A stretch of 64,000 nt of DNA, from contig NC_089432.1 in the NCBI RefSeq assembly GCF_026210795.1, positions 5,828,001 through 5,892,000 on the forward strand, in the 5' to 3' direction. Shown piece after piece: positions 1 to 15,370 of this stretch. Source of the DNA: Rhizophagus irregularis (lineage: Eukaryota). A model generated the notes under the pieces. The model did not search any database, was not told where the DNA came from, and saw only the letters and a list, made by a program, of their open reading frames with translations. The translations under genes and the position numbers were made by a program. Numbering within the stretch: position 1 is the stretch's first letter; each line of letters starts with the position of its first letter.

Positions 1-544
1 CAATGTGTGACAGTTATGTCGATCATTACTATAATAGGATGGGTGATGTTTTACGACCCATAAGAAAATGATGGCCGGATTTGTTGCCAGGTTACACATG
101 GCCTAAGATAAGGTCGTTAAGGTCTGGTCTTTGCCGAAATAATCAAGTGGCAACAAATCCGGCTACCGCTTTTTTCTATGGTAAGTCATTTTTACCATAT
201 TTGTCACCGTTATTTGTCACTTTCACGTGAGCTACCTTGTCAGGTGTGCGATTTCGTAATTCTTGATGTGCAAAATTTTATTAAGTTATGAAAGTTATGA
301 AAATCATCACTAGCAAATTTTGTATAGTACTGCATAAAAATTTTAATTTACATGCTACATGATCTAAATGCACCGTTATTTTAAACCTGAATTTAATTTA
401 GATTTATTTATATTAGTAGTGTAAAATACAAGATAAATTAGAATAGGTATTTGCTCTATTTCCATTTTGTTTTAATTAAATTATAAATCAAACCAATCAA
501 ACAAGTCGGAAGATAACTGAAAATGATTATGACCAACAAAATAA

Positions 545-2943
<2,399 letters not shown>

Positions 2944-3250
2944 TTTTTTTATTTATTTATCTTTTACGATATAATTAATGCTATCTCAACTCAACTCCTC
3001 AACTCAAACTCTGCACTATATATACTTTTTTTTGATTGGAGTATTACACGTGCTTCGCTCAGATCTTTCAATTAAAAATTAACGTCCGCTGGGAGTTTAG
3101 AGCTACTTGTATCACGCCCTTGTTTTCCACTATTACTGGCAGTAAAGGAAATGCTATTTGTCACCAAATATGTCACGTTGTTAACGTTATCGGCTAATTA
3201 CGTTTAAAAAAAAAAAAATTTTATATCTTTTAAATCCTTTTAATTTCAAA

Positions 3251-4315
3251 ATGGCTCGCAGATACGATGCTAGAACTACCATTTTCTCACCAGAGGGTAA
3301 ATAATAAAGAATATTAAGGGATTATTTTAAATTTATAGAATAATTTTGATATTTGTTAACTAATTAGGTAGACTATACCAAGTTGAATACGCTATGGAAG
3401 CCATATCCCATGCTGGTACGGCTTTGGGTATTCTCGCGTCTGATGGTATTGTTATTGCTGCTGAGAAGAAAGTAACATCAAAATTATTGGAACAGACAAC
3501 AACCAGCGAAAAAATTTATCTTTTAAACGAGTAATTTAAATTTACTGATTTAATTCTTTTGATTTTAATAGTTCAAATTTAATTTAATTATTAATTCCAT
3601 TCATTGAATTGGAATTTAAAATTTTTATTGATACAAAAGCAATGTCATTTGTGGCGTAGCAGGAATCACTGCCGATGCTAATATTTTGATAAATTATGCT
3701 CGTCAAGCTGCTCAGCAGTATCTTTTTACTTATGATGAGGATATCCCCGTTGAACAATTAGTACAAAGACTATGTGATTTAAAACAAGGATATACTCAAT
3801 ATGGAGGCAAGGTTTTTATTTAATTTGACCTTTTTATTCTGGATGCAAATTAAAAAAAAATATTTTAAATTACTAGGACTGCGTCCTTTTGGTGTATCAT
3901 TTATTTATGCTGGCCATGATAGTCATTATGGTTTTCAACTATATCATTCTGATCCATCCGGTAATTACGGTGGATGGAAAGCAACATGTATTGGAGCTAA
4001 CAACGCGTCCGCACAGTCTTTATTGAAGCAAGATTATAAAGATGATATTACTCTTAAAGAGGCTAAAGAATTGGCTGCTAAAGTTTTAAGTAAAACAATG
4101 GATTCTACTACTCTAAGTAGCGAAAAATGTATGTAATGTAATGTAATGTCTCATTCATTTTAATTATTTCTATTAATTTTTTTTTTTGTTTAGTGGAATT
4201 CGCTACTATTAGTCTTAATGATGAAAATAAGGTTGTTTACCATCTTTATAAACCTGATGAAATTGACCTCTTATTAAAAGAACACAATTTAGGAGGTCAA
4301 GAAACTGAACAATAA
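3251..4315 (+). CDS. PRE9: 20S proteasome subunit alpha-3 (PSMA4/Pre9), multi-exon
   Basis: [32 protein letters not shown] ... [18 protein letters not shown]...[16 protein letters not shown]; stop TAA at 4313-4315. Confidence 0.95.
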
Positions 4316-4560
4316 ATAATAAAAAATTTATTTTTCTAAAAATACAGTTTACATTGTAATAAATTTTTTAAAGTGCAATGTTTCAGATAATATTTTATTT
4401 TGAAAAGGTTATAAAAAGTAGTTGAATTTATGATTACAAAATCTAATAATATTCACGTTATCGTGTTATCTCTCAAGATCCTGATATTCTAAGTTACATA
4501 ATAGTGACGGATTATATCCCTAAAAGTAATCCAAGACAACATTTGCAAAAAATTTTGCTT

Positions 4561-5753
4561 TTAACCGAAAAGATCTAATCCCATATCTTCATCGGTTTCT
4601 TCATCAGGTTCTTCTTCCTTAACTGGTGCAGACTCTTTAGTTTCATCAGCAGCAGCAGCAGCAGCAGGAGCGGCAGCCGCAAAAGCACTTGGATCTGCAA
4701 GATAAGCTTTAATCTATTAAACAAAAATAATAAGGTTAAGCAAATATTGAAAAATCAAGGAGAATAACATAATTAAAATTCACATAAAACCATCAGTAAA
4801 AAATTAGAGTATAGTAATTTTTGTACAGTCATTTTAAATCCTTCAAATTAAACGAACATCACATGGTTCTATTAAAAAAGTAGAGTTATTACCTTTTCGG
4901 AAGCAGGGAAAGTATATTCAGTAGCAACAGATATGGCTAAAAGATTCTTAAATCCATTGATAAGTGAATGAGGAATAGAAGCTAGTGTAGGGTAATGGAG
5001 TTGTAAAGAAAGAGCAGCAATTCTTCTAATTCCAGTCAATAAATGACTAATTAGGGTATCTTCTTCAATATCAAGAACAGAAGGATGAAATGTAGTGCCA
5101 TTATCAAAAATTTGAGTAACAGTCATCCCATAAGTAAATGGAGAGATGTTTAACATATTAAGTAAAGTAGCTTCAGATGCACCAACTTTTGTTTCTTTTT
5201 TTACCAAATGTACTTGATTAATGATTTCAATTGTACCACGAGCAATTTTGGTTGGAACACCAAGAGCCTGAAAAAAAGAGGTCTTTCCCGGTTCCATGCC
5301 AGTATTACCCGCTGGCACAAATACGTCGATAGGAGCAATAGCTCCAGCCTTAGCAGGAGCTTTAACCTACACCAACAAATATTAATCTAAGACATTTCAA
5401 ATATAATTGCAAGATTTTGATATATTACATCTTACCCTGTTGGACAAAATAACATCCCGAGTTTCTTTCAAATCACCATTAGTGAAAACAAACCCAACGT
5501 TACCTTTTACATGTGGTAAAAGTTTCTCATATTGGGCGTTTTCAGGGATAAGACCTTTAAGGGCTCTTCTAACCATTGTATTCTTTCCCATTAATACAAC
5601 AGCTTTGCGGCGAAGAGTGTGACGAATTTGATGCATTTGATTGGACCCGACATTATCAACATTCACAATAAATATGGAAGGGTACTCTTCTAACAAGGTC
5701 TTAAGCTTATTGAAATATTCAAATTTTTTTGTGCGAACGTCTCCCTTTGACAT
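4561..5753 (-). CDS. RPP0: 60S acidic ribosomal protein P0 (uL10), 3 coding exons
   Basis: [14 protein letters not shown]...[29 protein letters not shown], Ala-rich hinge and acidic tail [18 protein letters not shown]. Confidence 0.95.
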
Positions 5754-6152
5754 CTTTGAATTTTTCACGTGTTCAAGGGGATCCTGTCAGGAAGCTTAAA
5801 GAACGTTCTGATAAAATAGAGGGAGAAAAAAAATTTTAATTTTTTTCAAACGATAATTAAACTAGAGCTAGTATGAAATAACCTAAATGTATTTCATCCA
5901 TTCTATAATTTACATTTTTTAATCATAACATGATATAAATATAAATTGTACGAATGAAAAAGCACAACAACAAGAACTATCAAGTTGATTTCTACCTACC
6001 GCAAATGTGGTATTCACGAGTTAAGAAGAAAAATTTTTTTTAAAAAAATTCTTTATCTAAAATTCAAATCAAGATCAGCCAATCAAATTCGATCTGCATG
6101 CAAGTATTTAAACTTTCATATAAACGTTTTATAGCTTTCTTAGATTTAAAAC

Positions 6153-7197
6153 ATGGGAATAGTTCTTGCCAAACTATGGCGTAAACTTACCAGTAAAGAA
6201 GAGGTGAAAATCGTGCTCGTCGGTTTAGATAACGCGGGAAAAACGACAGTTTTGTATAAATTGTAAATATCTGTTGAAGCTTTAATATTTTAAGATATTT
6301 CCAACGAAACGATACTTTACAAAAATAAGGCCCGAAACTTTTATTTCTTATAAAATAGATTATTAGATGAAGTGGTTGTAACAACACCAACTATAGGTAG
6401 TAATGTCGAGGTAACTGTAATGATTTTGCGTTTATGGCTATTAAAAAATTTGATCTGAATTTCTTTTTGTTTTGTTAAGAAACTTACTTATTTTATTTAG
6501 GAGATCATTTATAAAAATATACATTTCTTAATGTGGGTAAGTTCCTTTAACATCTTTTTCATAAATAGATCAGTTTATTCCCGAATTCAAGCTTTCTTTT
6601 CCAATTCTCAGGATCTTGGAGGGCAAGATTCTTTACGTGCAACATGGAAAACTTATTATATAAAAACAAAAGCTGTGATTATGGTCATTGATAGTACTGA
6701 TAAAGATCGAATACATATATCGAGGACTGAATTGCATACAATGATGGAGGATGAGGTAATTATACAATTAAAATCAGTAATCCCAAAATTCCAAGCGCAA
6801 TTCTTTTTTTTTTTTATTTTTATTTATCTATTTAACCAAATAATAGAACCTCAAAAGTGCTGTACTATTAGTTTTTGCAAATAAACAAGATATGAAAGGA
6901 GCATTAACTGCTGCACAGATATCTGAGGCCTTGAATCTGACAAGTTTAAGAGATCGCCAATGGCATATACAGGTAAAATTTTTAAATTTTTTAAATTAAA
7001 TTGATAATTTCTTAAACCTTTTCTAAATTAAACTTACATTAAATATAGGCATGTTGTGCACTAACTGGAGACGGGTAATAATATTTTTCTACATTTATCC
7101 TTACAGATATAGAATAATTTTATTGATTAAACAATTTTTTATTTATAGTTTGTTTGAAGGACTAGATTGGATTGTAAGTCAAATTGGTAATACTTAG
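6153..7197 (+). CDS. ARL5: Arf-like small GTPase, ARL5-like, multi-exon
   Basis: MGIVLAKLW (Gly2 myristoylation site), [53 protein letters not shown]. The SNVEE and ACCALTG motifs are ARL5-type. Confidence 0.85.
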
Positions 7198-7540
7198 TTA
7201 GATTACCTGTAGGATTCTCCTTAAATTAATAACAAAGTGAAATTAGAGAATCAATAATTGATTATTTTTAGAATTTACTTTTGAAAAATATTTTAAATAA
7301 ATAATTTATATGTATTATATATTTATTTATTTTATATTAAGTATAGATAATTATATTATATAATTATAATGTTTTTTTAAAAGTAAAAGATAATAAATTT
7401 ATGGATTTAAAATTTGTTATGCATTTGAATATAAATTTTTTTATTAAAGAAAAAAAAATATTTTTTTATACAATAAATTTATAATTCAATATGATAATGT
7501 ATTGCATTTAAGCCAATATTTATAAAATAAATAAAAAAAA

Positions 7541-7975
7541 GGGTATTGCTAAATATCACCAGTGGTGATCGTCACCACATGTAAAATATTTTTTGAATTT
7601 TCAAAAATTTTTGACTGTGACATTATTCTAATTATAATATAATAAATATCATTACTATATGTAAATTTATGGGTAGAACAAGTTTGCCTTAGATTATAAA
7701 GGCTGTTGCTTAGATAGTTTTTGAGAAAAATAGGAAAGTTTGATTTTATAAGCAAAATACAATTTTTTGTTTTAAAAAAGATTTTTTTTAGTCAAATTTT
7801 CAAAATTTTAGTGTGATTAGTATCTACTCAGGTTTGTTTTACACATTTATTATTTAAATTGAAATTTTTGAAAAAAAAATTATGATGTGTTTTTTAACTC
7901 TGGCCAAAATTATAATTTTCGGCCAGAATTAAGTGGTGTGATGACGATCACCACTGGTGATATTTAGCAATACTC
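7541..7975. mobile_element. Mutator-like MITE
   Basis: TIR of about 38 bp, G(G/A)GTATTGCTAAATATCACCAGTGGTGATCGTCA, at both ends. 9-bp flanking duplication TAAAAAAAA (low complexity). No coding capacity. Confidence 0.75.
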
Positions 7976-8549
7976 TAAAAAAAAATTTAAATTTAAATAT
8001 AAAAAAACTTTAAAAAAAAACTTCTAAATAATATCTATAAAATAAAAGAAAAAAAATATAATTTAAGAAAATTTCTAATTTTAACTAGAGGGAACTTCCT
8101 TCTATAATAAATAATAGATAACAAATAGGATTTTTAATAACAATACCAAGTTCCCAGATTAATTAACAAAATAAAGACTGTGAAGGTATAATACATTGTA
8201 ATAAATAAAATAAATCTAATTTCTAATCTAATTCTAGCTAGTAATATCTAGTTAAATCCTTTTTGCCAAAAATTTCAATTTTATTACCAACTAGTTTTGG
8301 ACCTTTAGTTTTATTATTGACTAAACAACAGGGCAGACATCCTTATATCATCTTACCGATCATTTTCTGATCATATAGTAATTTATTTGGTGATATCGAC
8401 TTTAAGGCTTCAGGTAAAGTCACAGAAGTTTAGGCGAAACTTGAAACTTTTATAGGTTCCAGATTAACAGCTTTAAAATTTATAGCCAAAATAACACAGT
8501 GAAATTTTTGGTAACACAAAAATTATAGTCAAAATTATATTTGCAATTA

Positions 8550-9511
8550 CAGTCAACTCCCTCTATAGTCACTCCCGTTATAGTCACATTCTACTATATA
8601 GTCACACCAGTTGAATGTTCAAAACACTTTATTATTAAAATTTATCCTATATAGTCACAATCTATCTATAGTCACTATCACACCTATTCTCAAAAATCTT
8701 ATATTAAAAAGAACCGTTTATAATCACAGTTATATAAAGAATATATTAAATAACTTGGCATCTAATAATCGTACAAAGATGTATCATAGCTTGTTAGAAT
8801 CGTCTCACTGAGACGAATCGAATGGTGGTAGTTTTATCCTTTTCCGACCACTGGCTGACGAGTTATTCAACAAAATGTTAAACATTGGCATTATAATATT
8901 TCTTGATTTACGTTTACTGCGCCATTTAACATTTTGCTAGATTTCTCAGTACCTAGTGATTGTAAAAAGACGTTTTATAGCTCGTTGGAATCGCCTCATC
9001 GAGACGAATCGAATGGTGGTAAGCTCATATCTCTCTGTGATCAATATTGACGGAGTTATTACTTAAAAACCATTTAATATTTTTTAATTTCGGAAATTGA
9101 TCTAGTGATTGGATTTCGATATATCTTATACCATTAGATTCGTCTCATCAAGACGAATCGAATGGTAGTAAGATCGTCTTTCTAGGATCAATATTGGCAG
9201 AGTTATTACACAAAAACCATTAATATTTTTTTAATTTCGGAAATTAATCTAGTGATTGGATTTCGACGTATTTTATACCATTAGAACCGTCTCATCAAGA
9301 CGAATCGAATGGCTGTAAGATCATCTCTCTACGATTAATATTGGCGAAGTTACGATACAATAAAGTTTTAAGTATAATTCTGGCTAAAATTATGTTAATT
9401 TTTGGCCGGAATTATGACATACAAATATAAGAAATTTTTATATAGTCACATCTCTTCATAATCACCAAATATGGACTGTCCCAAATGTGTGACTATAAAG
9501 AGAGTTGACTG
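8550..9511. mobile_element. Tc1/mariner/pogo-type non-autonomous element, copy 1
   Basis: TIR CAGTCAACTC(C/T)CT(C/T)TATAGTCAC, TA on both sides, internal repeated GAGACGAATCGAATGG motifs. Near-identical to 11449-12409. Confidence 0.85.
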
Positions 9512-10219
9512 TATATAATTGTTATAATTTATATAATAAATAAAGGTTTTTAAAATATTATTTCTCAATCAATTTTGTATAAATATTTCAGTTATGAACT
9601 TACTATCAAAATGTTCGTCTTGATGAAATGAATTTAACAAGCTATAAAACATTAAATTCTGATCACTGGTTGATGCAATATTATCAAATTACTTTAAATT
9701 TTTCTAACTATTAAAAATTCAGCTTATTTTTGGCCAAGTTTTAGTTAATTTTTGTATTTGAAAATATTGATTTTTAGGCTTTTATATAAATTTTGATAAT
9801 GTATCAGTGTTCAGAAATGACCTGGTCATTTAACCATTTTTCGGATTAGAAGTCATTTGGTTAAATAACAACCAATCATTTGGCATTTGGCATTTGAGTT
9901 ATTTGCGAAATGACAAATGCCAAATAATTGGGTATCATTTAACTGTCATTTGCATCCTTTGTCATTTAGTCATTTGTCATTAGAATACTTAAAGATTATT
10001 GGAAAATTTATAATCACGTGATATACAAAAAAAGGAAGGATGTAATCAAAATAATCATAAACAGAATCATTTCACTAAACTATTTATATTTGCTGTAATC
10101 TGAAAATAATAAATAACACAGCCATAATTATTAAAGTAATAATAATATCTGATATGTTATTTATTATATAAAATTCTATTATATAATTATATACATAAAT
10201 AAATGTTATGATCATGATT

Positions 10220-13200
10220 AAATAATGACAATAATTCTTTTCTTAATTTATCTGATATTAAACTGACTGATGCTCCTGAATCTATTATTATTGATACTAA
10301 TTTTCCTTTTATTATAACTTTACTTCTCATTGCTCTAGTTTCACTTTTATTATCTGCACTTTTTATTTGTTGGTCCGAGTGTAGTCATGCATTATCATCT
10401 TCATCATAATTTCTAGCTATTCTTCTAAATTTTGGATTTTCATTATAAATTTGTCCATATGTTATATTCGCTTTTTCATTAAACATATCCATTACATATT
10501 TTTCTGGTGGTACATTAACTCATACTCTAATATTTTTATTTCCTCTTTTCATTCCTGGATTTGGACATTCTTTTATAAAATGACCTCTTAATCCACATCT
10601 TTCACATTGGTTATGTCTTCTTCTTGATTGGTATGCTTTATCTCTATCTTCTTTATTAAAAAATCCTCCTTTTCTTTTACCATCAATATCCATTTTCATA
10701 TCATATTTTCTTTTTGGTGGTATTGGAACATCTTCAATTTCCATTTCATTATAGTCATTATCTAAATCTCTTCCATATTTTCTACCACTTCTTAAAGTTG
10801 GAAATACTTCTTTTTCATAATTATATATTTCGTACTTATTATAATAATTACTATTATCATAATTTCTATTATTATCGTAATATTTTTCATGATCCATTAA
10901 ATTTATATTTCTATTATCATTATTATTTCTTCTTTCATTATTATTCCTATTAAAATTATTTTGCGTTCTATAATTATTTCTCTGTCTTAATTGTGGACAT
11001 TCTGGTCTTATATGACCTACTTTATTGCATTCATAGCATCTCATAATTCTTGCATTTCTTGTATTTGTATTTCTATTTATATTTCTTCTTTGTTGATTTT
11101 TTATTTCATTCCATATTTCTCCCATAGCTATTTTTTCTGCTCTAAATTGTTCTAACGCTTTACTTAATTCATCGGCAATATCTTTTTCATTAACTGGCTT
11201 TTGCATTTTTTTATATATTTCATTTTCTTTTTTTTTATTCGTTTCTTCTTTTAAAATTTCTTCTATATTCTTTTCTTGTCTTATTTGTTCTATATTTATA
11301 CCCATTGTTTTCATTATCAATTCATTTTTAGCTTCTTCTTCTCTTCTTGCTATATTAATTGCGTCATTTAAATTCGTTGGACTACTTCTTCTAACTTGGT
11401 ACCCCAATGTAGGTTCTAACCCTTGAATATAATAATTTACTTGATATACAGTCAACTCCCTCTATAGTCACTTCCGTTATAGTCACATTCTACTATATAG
11501 TTACACCAGTTGAATGTTCAAAACACTTTATTATTAAAATCTATCCTATATAGTCACAATCTATCTATAGTCACTATCACACCTATCCTCAAAAATCTTA
11601 TATTAAAAAGAACTGTTTATAATCACAATTATATAAAGAATATATTAAATAACTTGGCATCTAATAATCATACAAAGATATATCATAGCTTGTTAGAATC
11701 GTCTCACTGAGACGAATCGAATGGTGGTAGTTTTATCCTTTTCCGACCACTGGCTGACGAGTTATTCAACAAAATGTTAAACATTAGCATTATAATATTT
11801 CTTGATTTACGTTTACTGCGCCATTTAACATTTTGCTAGATTTCTCGGTACCTAGTGATTGTAAAAAGACGTTTTATAGCTCGTTGGAATCGCCTCATCG
11901 AGACGAATCGAATGGTGGTAAGCTCATCTCTCTGTGATCAATATTGACAGAGTTATTACTTAAAAACCATTTAATATTTTTTAATTTCGGAAATTGATCT
12001 AGTGATTGGATTTCGATGTATCTTATACCATTAGATTCGTCTCATCAAGACGAATCGAATGGTAGTAAGATCGTCTTTCTAGGATCAATATTGGCAGAGT
12101 TATTACACAAAAACCATTAATATTTTTTTAATTTCGGAAATTAATCTAGTGATTGGATTTCGACGTATTTTATACCATTAGAACCGTCTCATCAAGACGA
12201 ATCGAATGGCGGTAAGATCATCACTCTACGATTAATATTGGCGAAGTTACAATACAATAAAGTTTTAAGTATAATTCTGGCTAAAATTATGTTAATTTTT
12301 GGCCGGAATTATGATATACAAATATAAGAAATTTTTTATATAGTCACATCTCTTTATAATCACCAAATATGGACTGTCCCAAATGTGTGACTATAAAGAG
12401 AGTTGACTGTATATCTTGTAATGCTTGACCTCTAATTGCAATTCTTAATATTGACCTAAATCTTCTAGTATATTCTTCAACACTTTCATTTTTTTCTTGT
12501 TTAATCCTTGTCAATTCTATCATTTTTCTTCTTTTAACATCTTCTCTAGTAAATCTATTAATTAATTTATTTTTTAAATTTCTATCATCATTGTGATTAC
12601 ACCAGTTTACTAGATTGGCTGCTACTCTTTCTTTTTCTTCATTATACCATTGTAATGCGATTCCTCTTAAACAGGTTATTGCTATATTCGCTTTATTTTG
12701 ACTGTATACACCTCCTCCTATATTTCCTTCTGTTCTTCCACTTACTGTAAATGCTACTTCAAACTGTCTAATCCAATCGTTAATATCTTCATCTTCTTTT
12801 CTACTAAAAGTTAGCATACCTACTATTCCTCCATTTCCTGCAGTTGCAATTCTATTTACTATAGTTTGTCCTGCTTCTAATGCATTATCTAATGCATTAG
12901 CTGTTAATCCTAAAGCATTTTCAAGCATTCTTCTCATTTGTATTTCAGTTGCCATGTTTAATAATATATTTTCTTGAAATAAATCTTGTAAGTTGTAATC
13001 GGATAGTTCAATTTCTGTATCAGAATTTTCAATATCAGAATTCTTAATATTCAACGAATTATTCGAATCTGAATTTTGACTTAAGCCAAAACCTTCTGTA
13101 TTTATAATATTTTCATCATTATTTTCGACTTCATTTTCATCGAAGTCTTCAGAATTTCCTTCCCAAATCTCATATTCTTCTGGATCTAATATTTCTCCAA

Positions 13201-14659
13201 TCTTTTCTGAATTATTATTTGTATCCTCTTCTTCTTCATTGTTTCCCTCTGTCTCTATTTGTTCTTCTAAATATTTATCTAATATTTCTTTTATGACTCC
13301 TTCCAATTCATTCTTATTTTCTTGGAATAACTTTATAAACTTCCAATTTAAGATTTCACCATCTGTATGACCCATATTTATCATTTGTAATATTTCTCCT
13401 TCCGTTACTTCAACTTCTGCTTCTTCACATATTTTCTGTATTCTTTTTACTCTTAGTTCTGTTTCACTAACATCATTCTCCTCTCTCTCAGAACAACTTT
13501 TACATATTTCTCCTGTAAATTCTTTATTGTATTTTACTGCTTCTTTCTTCAGTATCATTTTGTTACATAACGGACATTCTGTAGCATTCATAGTATACCA
13601 TCTTCTAAGTTCTCCAATTATTTTTTCATCATCTAATTCCTTAATTTTCATATAGCTCTCCATAAAATCCTTAGTTTTCATTATTTCATGTTCCACTCTG
13701 AAATTAATTATTTGTCTTATTTCTTCAATATCAATTTCATAACCGTTTTCTAACCAATAATTTCTGTATATTCTTTCTATATATTCATCTCCTTCATTTG
13801 AACTTGATTCTCCTAAATCATCTGAACTTTCTAGTTCTCCTACGTCATTTTGTTCTTCAACAAAACCTTTTGTTTCTACAATTTTCTCTATTATCTTATC
13901 TGTTAACTCATCGTTCATCCATGGTTTTGGATATTTATTTCCATCCCACCATTGATATGTTATACTTTTCTGAAACTTCTTGATTTTCTTTCTATTTTCT
14001 TCTTCTGCAATATTTTCTTCTAAATGTAATATTTCTTTAAAATTTCTCATAGTACCGTATCCTTTATTCTTAATAGTTACTGATTCTATTTCTTCTAACC
14101 ATTCTTCAAATTTTGCAAATCTTATATCTAATCCATCATCTTCTATAATATATCTATACATCAACAATTCTTTATTCCCTAACAAATTCTCTTCTGTTTG
14201 ATCATCTAATATGAACTCATTATCTTCACTAAGTATATAATGTTCACATATCACTTTTATTACCAATATAATTTCTATTTTTCTATAGTCTGATTTATTT
14301 CTATACCTAATTGACCTTACAATTATATCTAACAGTTTTTCTCCTTCTTTTCTCATTTTCTCAAATTCTTTATTTCTTTTCTTTCTACTAGATGGATAAC
14401 TTTCTTCCCCATCCTTTCTTGTTAGTATTATATACTCCATTAATTTTACATATGTATTTCTGTTATAACTCATTGCTTCTAATACTACTTTTTGAAAAAT
14501 CTTCCAAAATCTTTTAAACCAATCTCCTATCTCTATTTCATCAGTACTATAACATTTTAAACATGAAGGATCTACTTGATACTCTTCTCTTGATTCATTA
14601 TGTTTTTCTATTTCATGTTTTCTTTTAATCTCTTCTAATTCATCGTATATATCAGACAT
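10220..14659 (-). pseudogene. Ty3/gypsy-like gag (long acidic N-extension, capsid-like domain, two CCHC knuckles) plus aspartic protease; pol truncated
   Basis: ORFs 12344-14659 and 10520-11455 join in frame (ALQDIYQVNYY) once the MITE and one TA are removed. Knuckles are CYECNKVGHIRPEC and CERCGLRGHFIKEC. The protease motif IIIDSGASVS lies in the same frame near 10280. No RT, integrase or LTR is seen. Confidence 0.8.
11449..12409. mobile_element. Tc1/mariner/pogo-type non-autonomous element, copy 2, inserted in gag
   Basis: Same TIRs as copy 1 with a TA TSD; removing it restores the gag reading frame. Confidence 0.9.
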
Positions 14660-15370
14660 TTTATTTATTTAAACATTTCATAATTTCACTTTTATTTATA
14701 TTTTATAAAATTTTATCATTTACTTAACATCATTTAAATTACTATTTTATCTTTTACTTCTTTAAAATACAATTTAAATTCTAATATTTTCAAAGTTCCA
14801 GCTTTGATTCTAAATTTCTCTATACATTCTATAATATAATCTATAATCACGATTTTATTTATAAACTTTCTATATCTTGCGCAAATAAATTGTGATCAAG
14901 GCTAGGGATTATTTATAATTGGGGCCGCCCAGGGTTAGGGTAAGGAAAGTTGATTTAGGCGGAAATACATATCCTTGAAGATAACGTAGATGTTGGGGTT
15001 TCTTAGGGTTAGGTAAGAAAGGTTGATTTAGGCTGAAACTTTTACCTTTGGAAGTTAGTTAGGGTTTAGTAGCATTAGCTGCGTAGTGCAATTTCAATAG
15101 CCACACTTTAGCCACAGTCAAATCACATGAATCACGTGCCCGAGCTTTTTTTGATGGTTACGCTGGGGGAGTTTATTATTTTGTTTCTAATCTCGTGGGT
15201 GGCTTATGCAAAAGAAACTGGAATCGGATGCGCAGTTGATATCTTGCCAAGATTTTTCTGAGTACGTCATTGAAATTAAAGTTTATCATATGACCAGTAG
15301 ATCTCACTTCTATTGGTTGGAAGTGTGAAGAGTCTTCACGATTATCATATGACATAGCATGTATCGTGAA

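Noticed and set aside
9805..9990. Possible small hAT MITE (CAGTGTTC...GAATACTT with GTCATTT repeats)
   Set aside because: The TIRs are weak and there is no matching TSD.
8611..11710. Duplicated 66-aa ORFs at 8611 and 11510 as genes
   Set aside because: They are chance ORFs inside two copies of the same MITE. Short antisense ORFs over the LINE, gag and housekeeping genes were ignored for the same reason.
14930..15070. Interstitial telomere
   Set aside because: Only isolated TTAGGG units, not a tandem tract.
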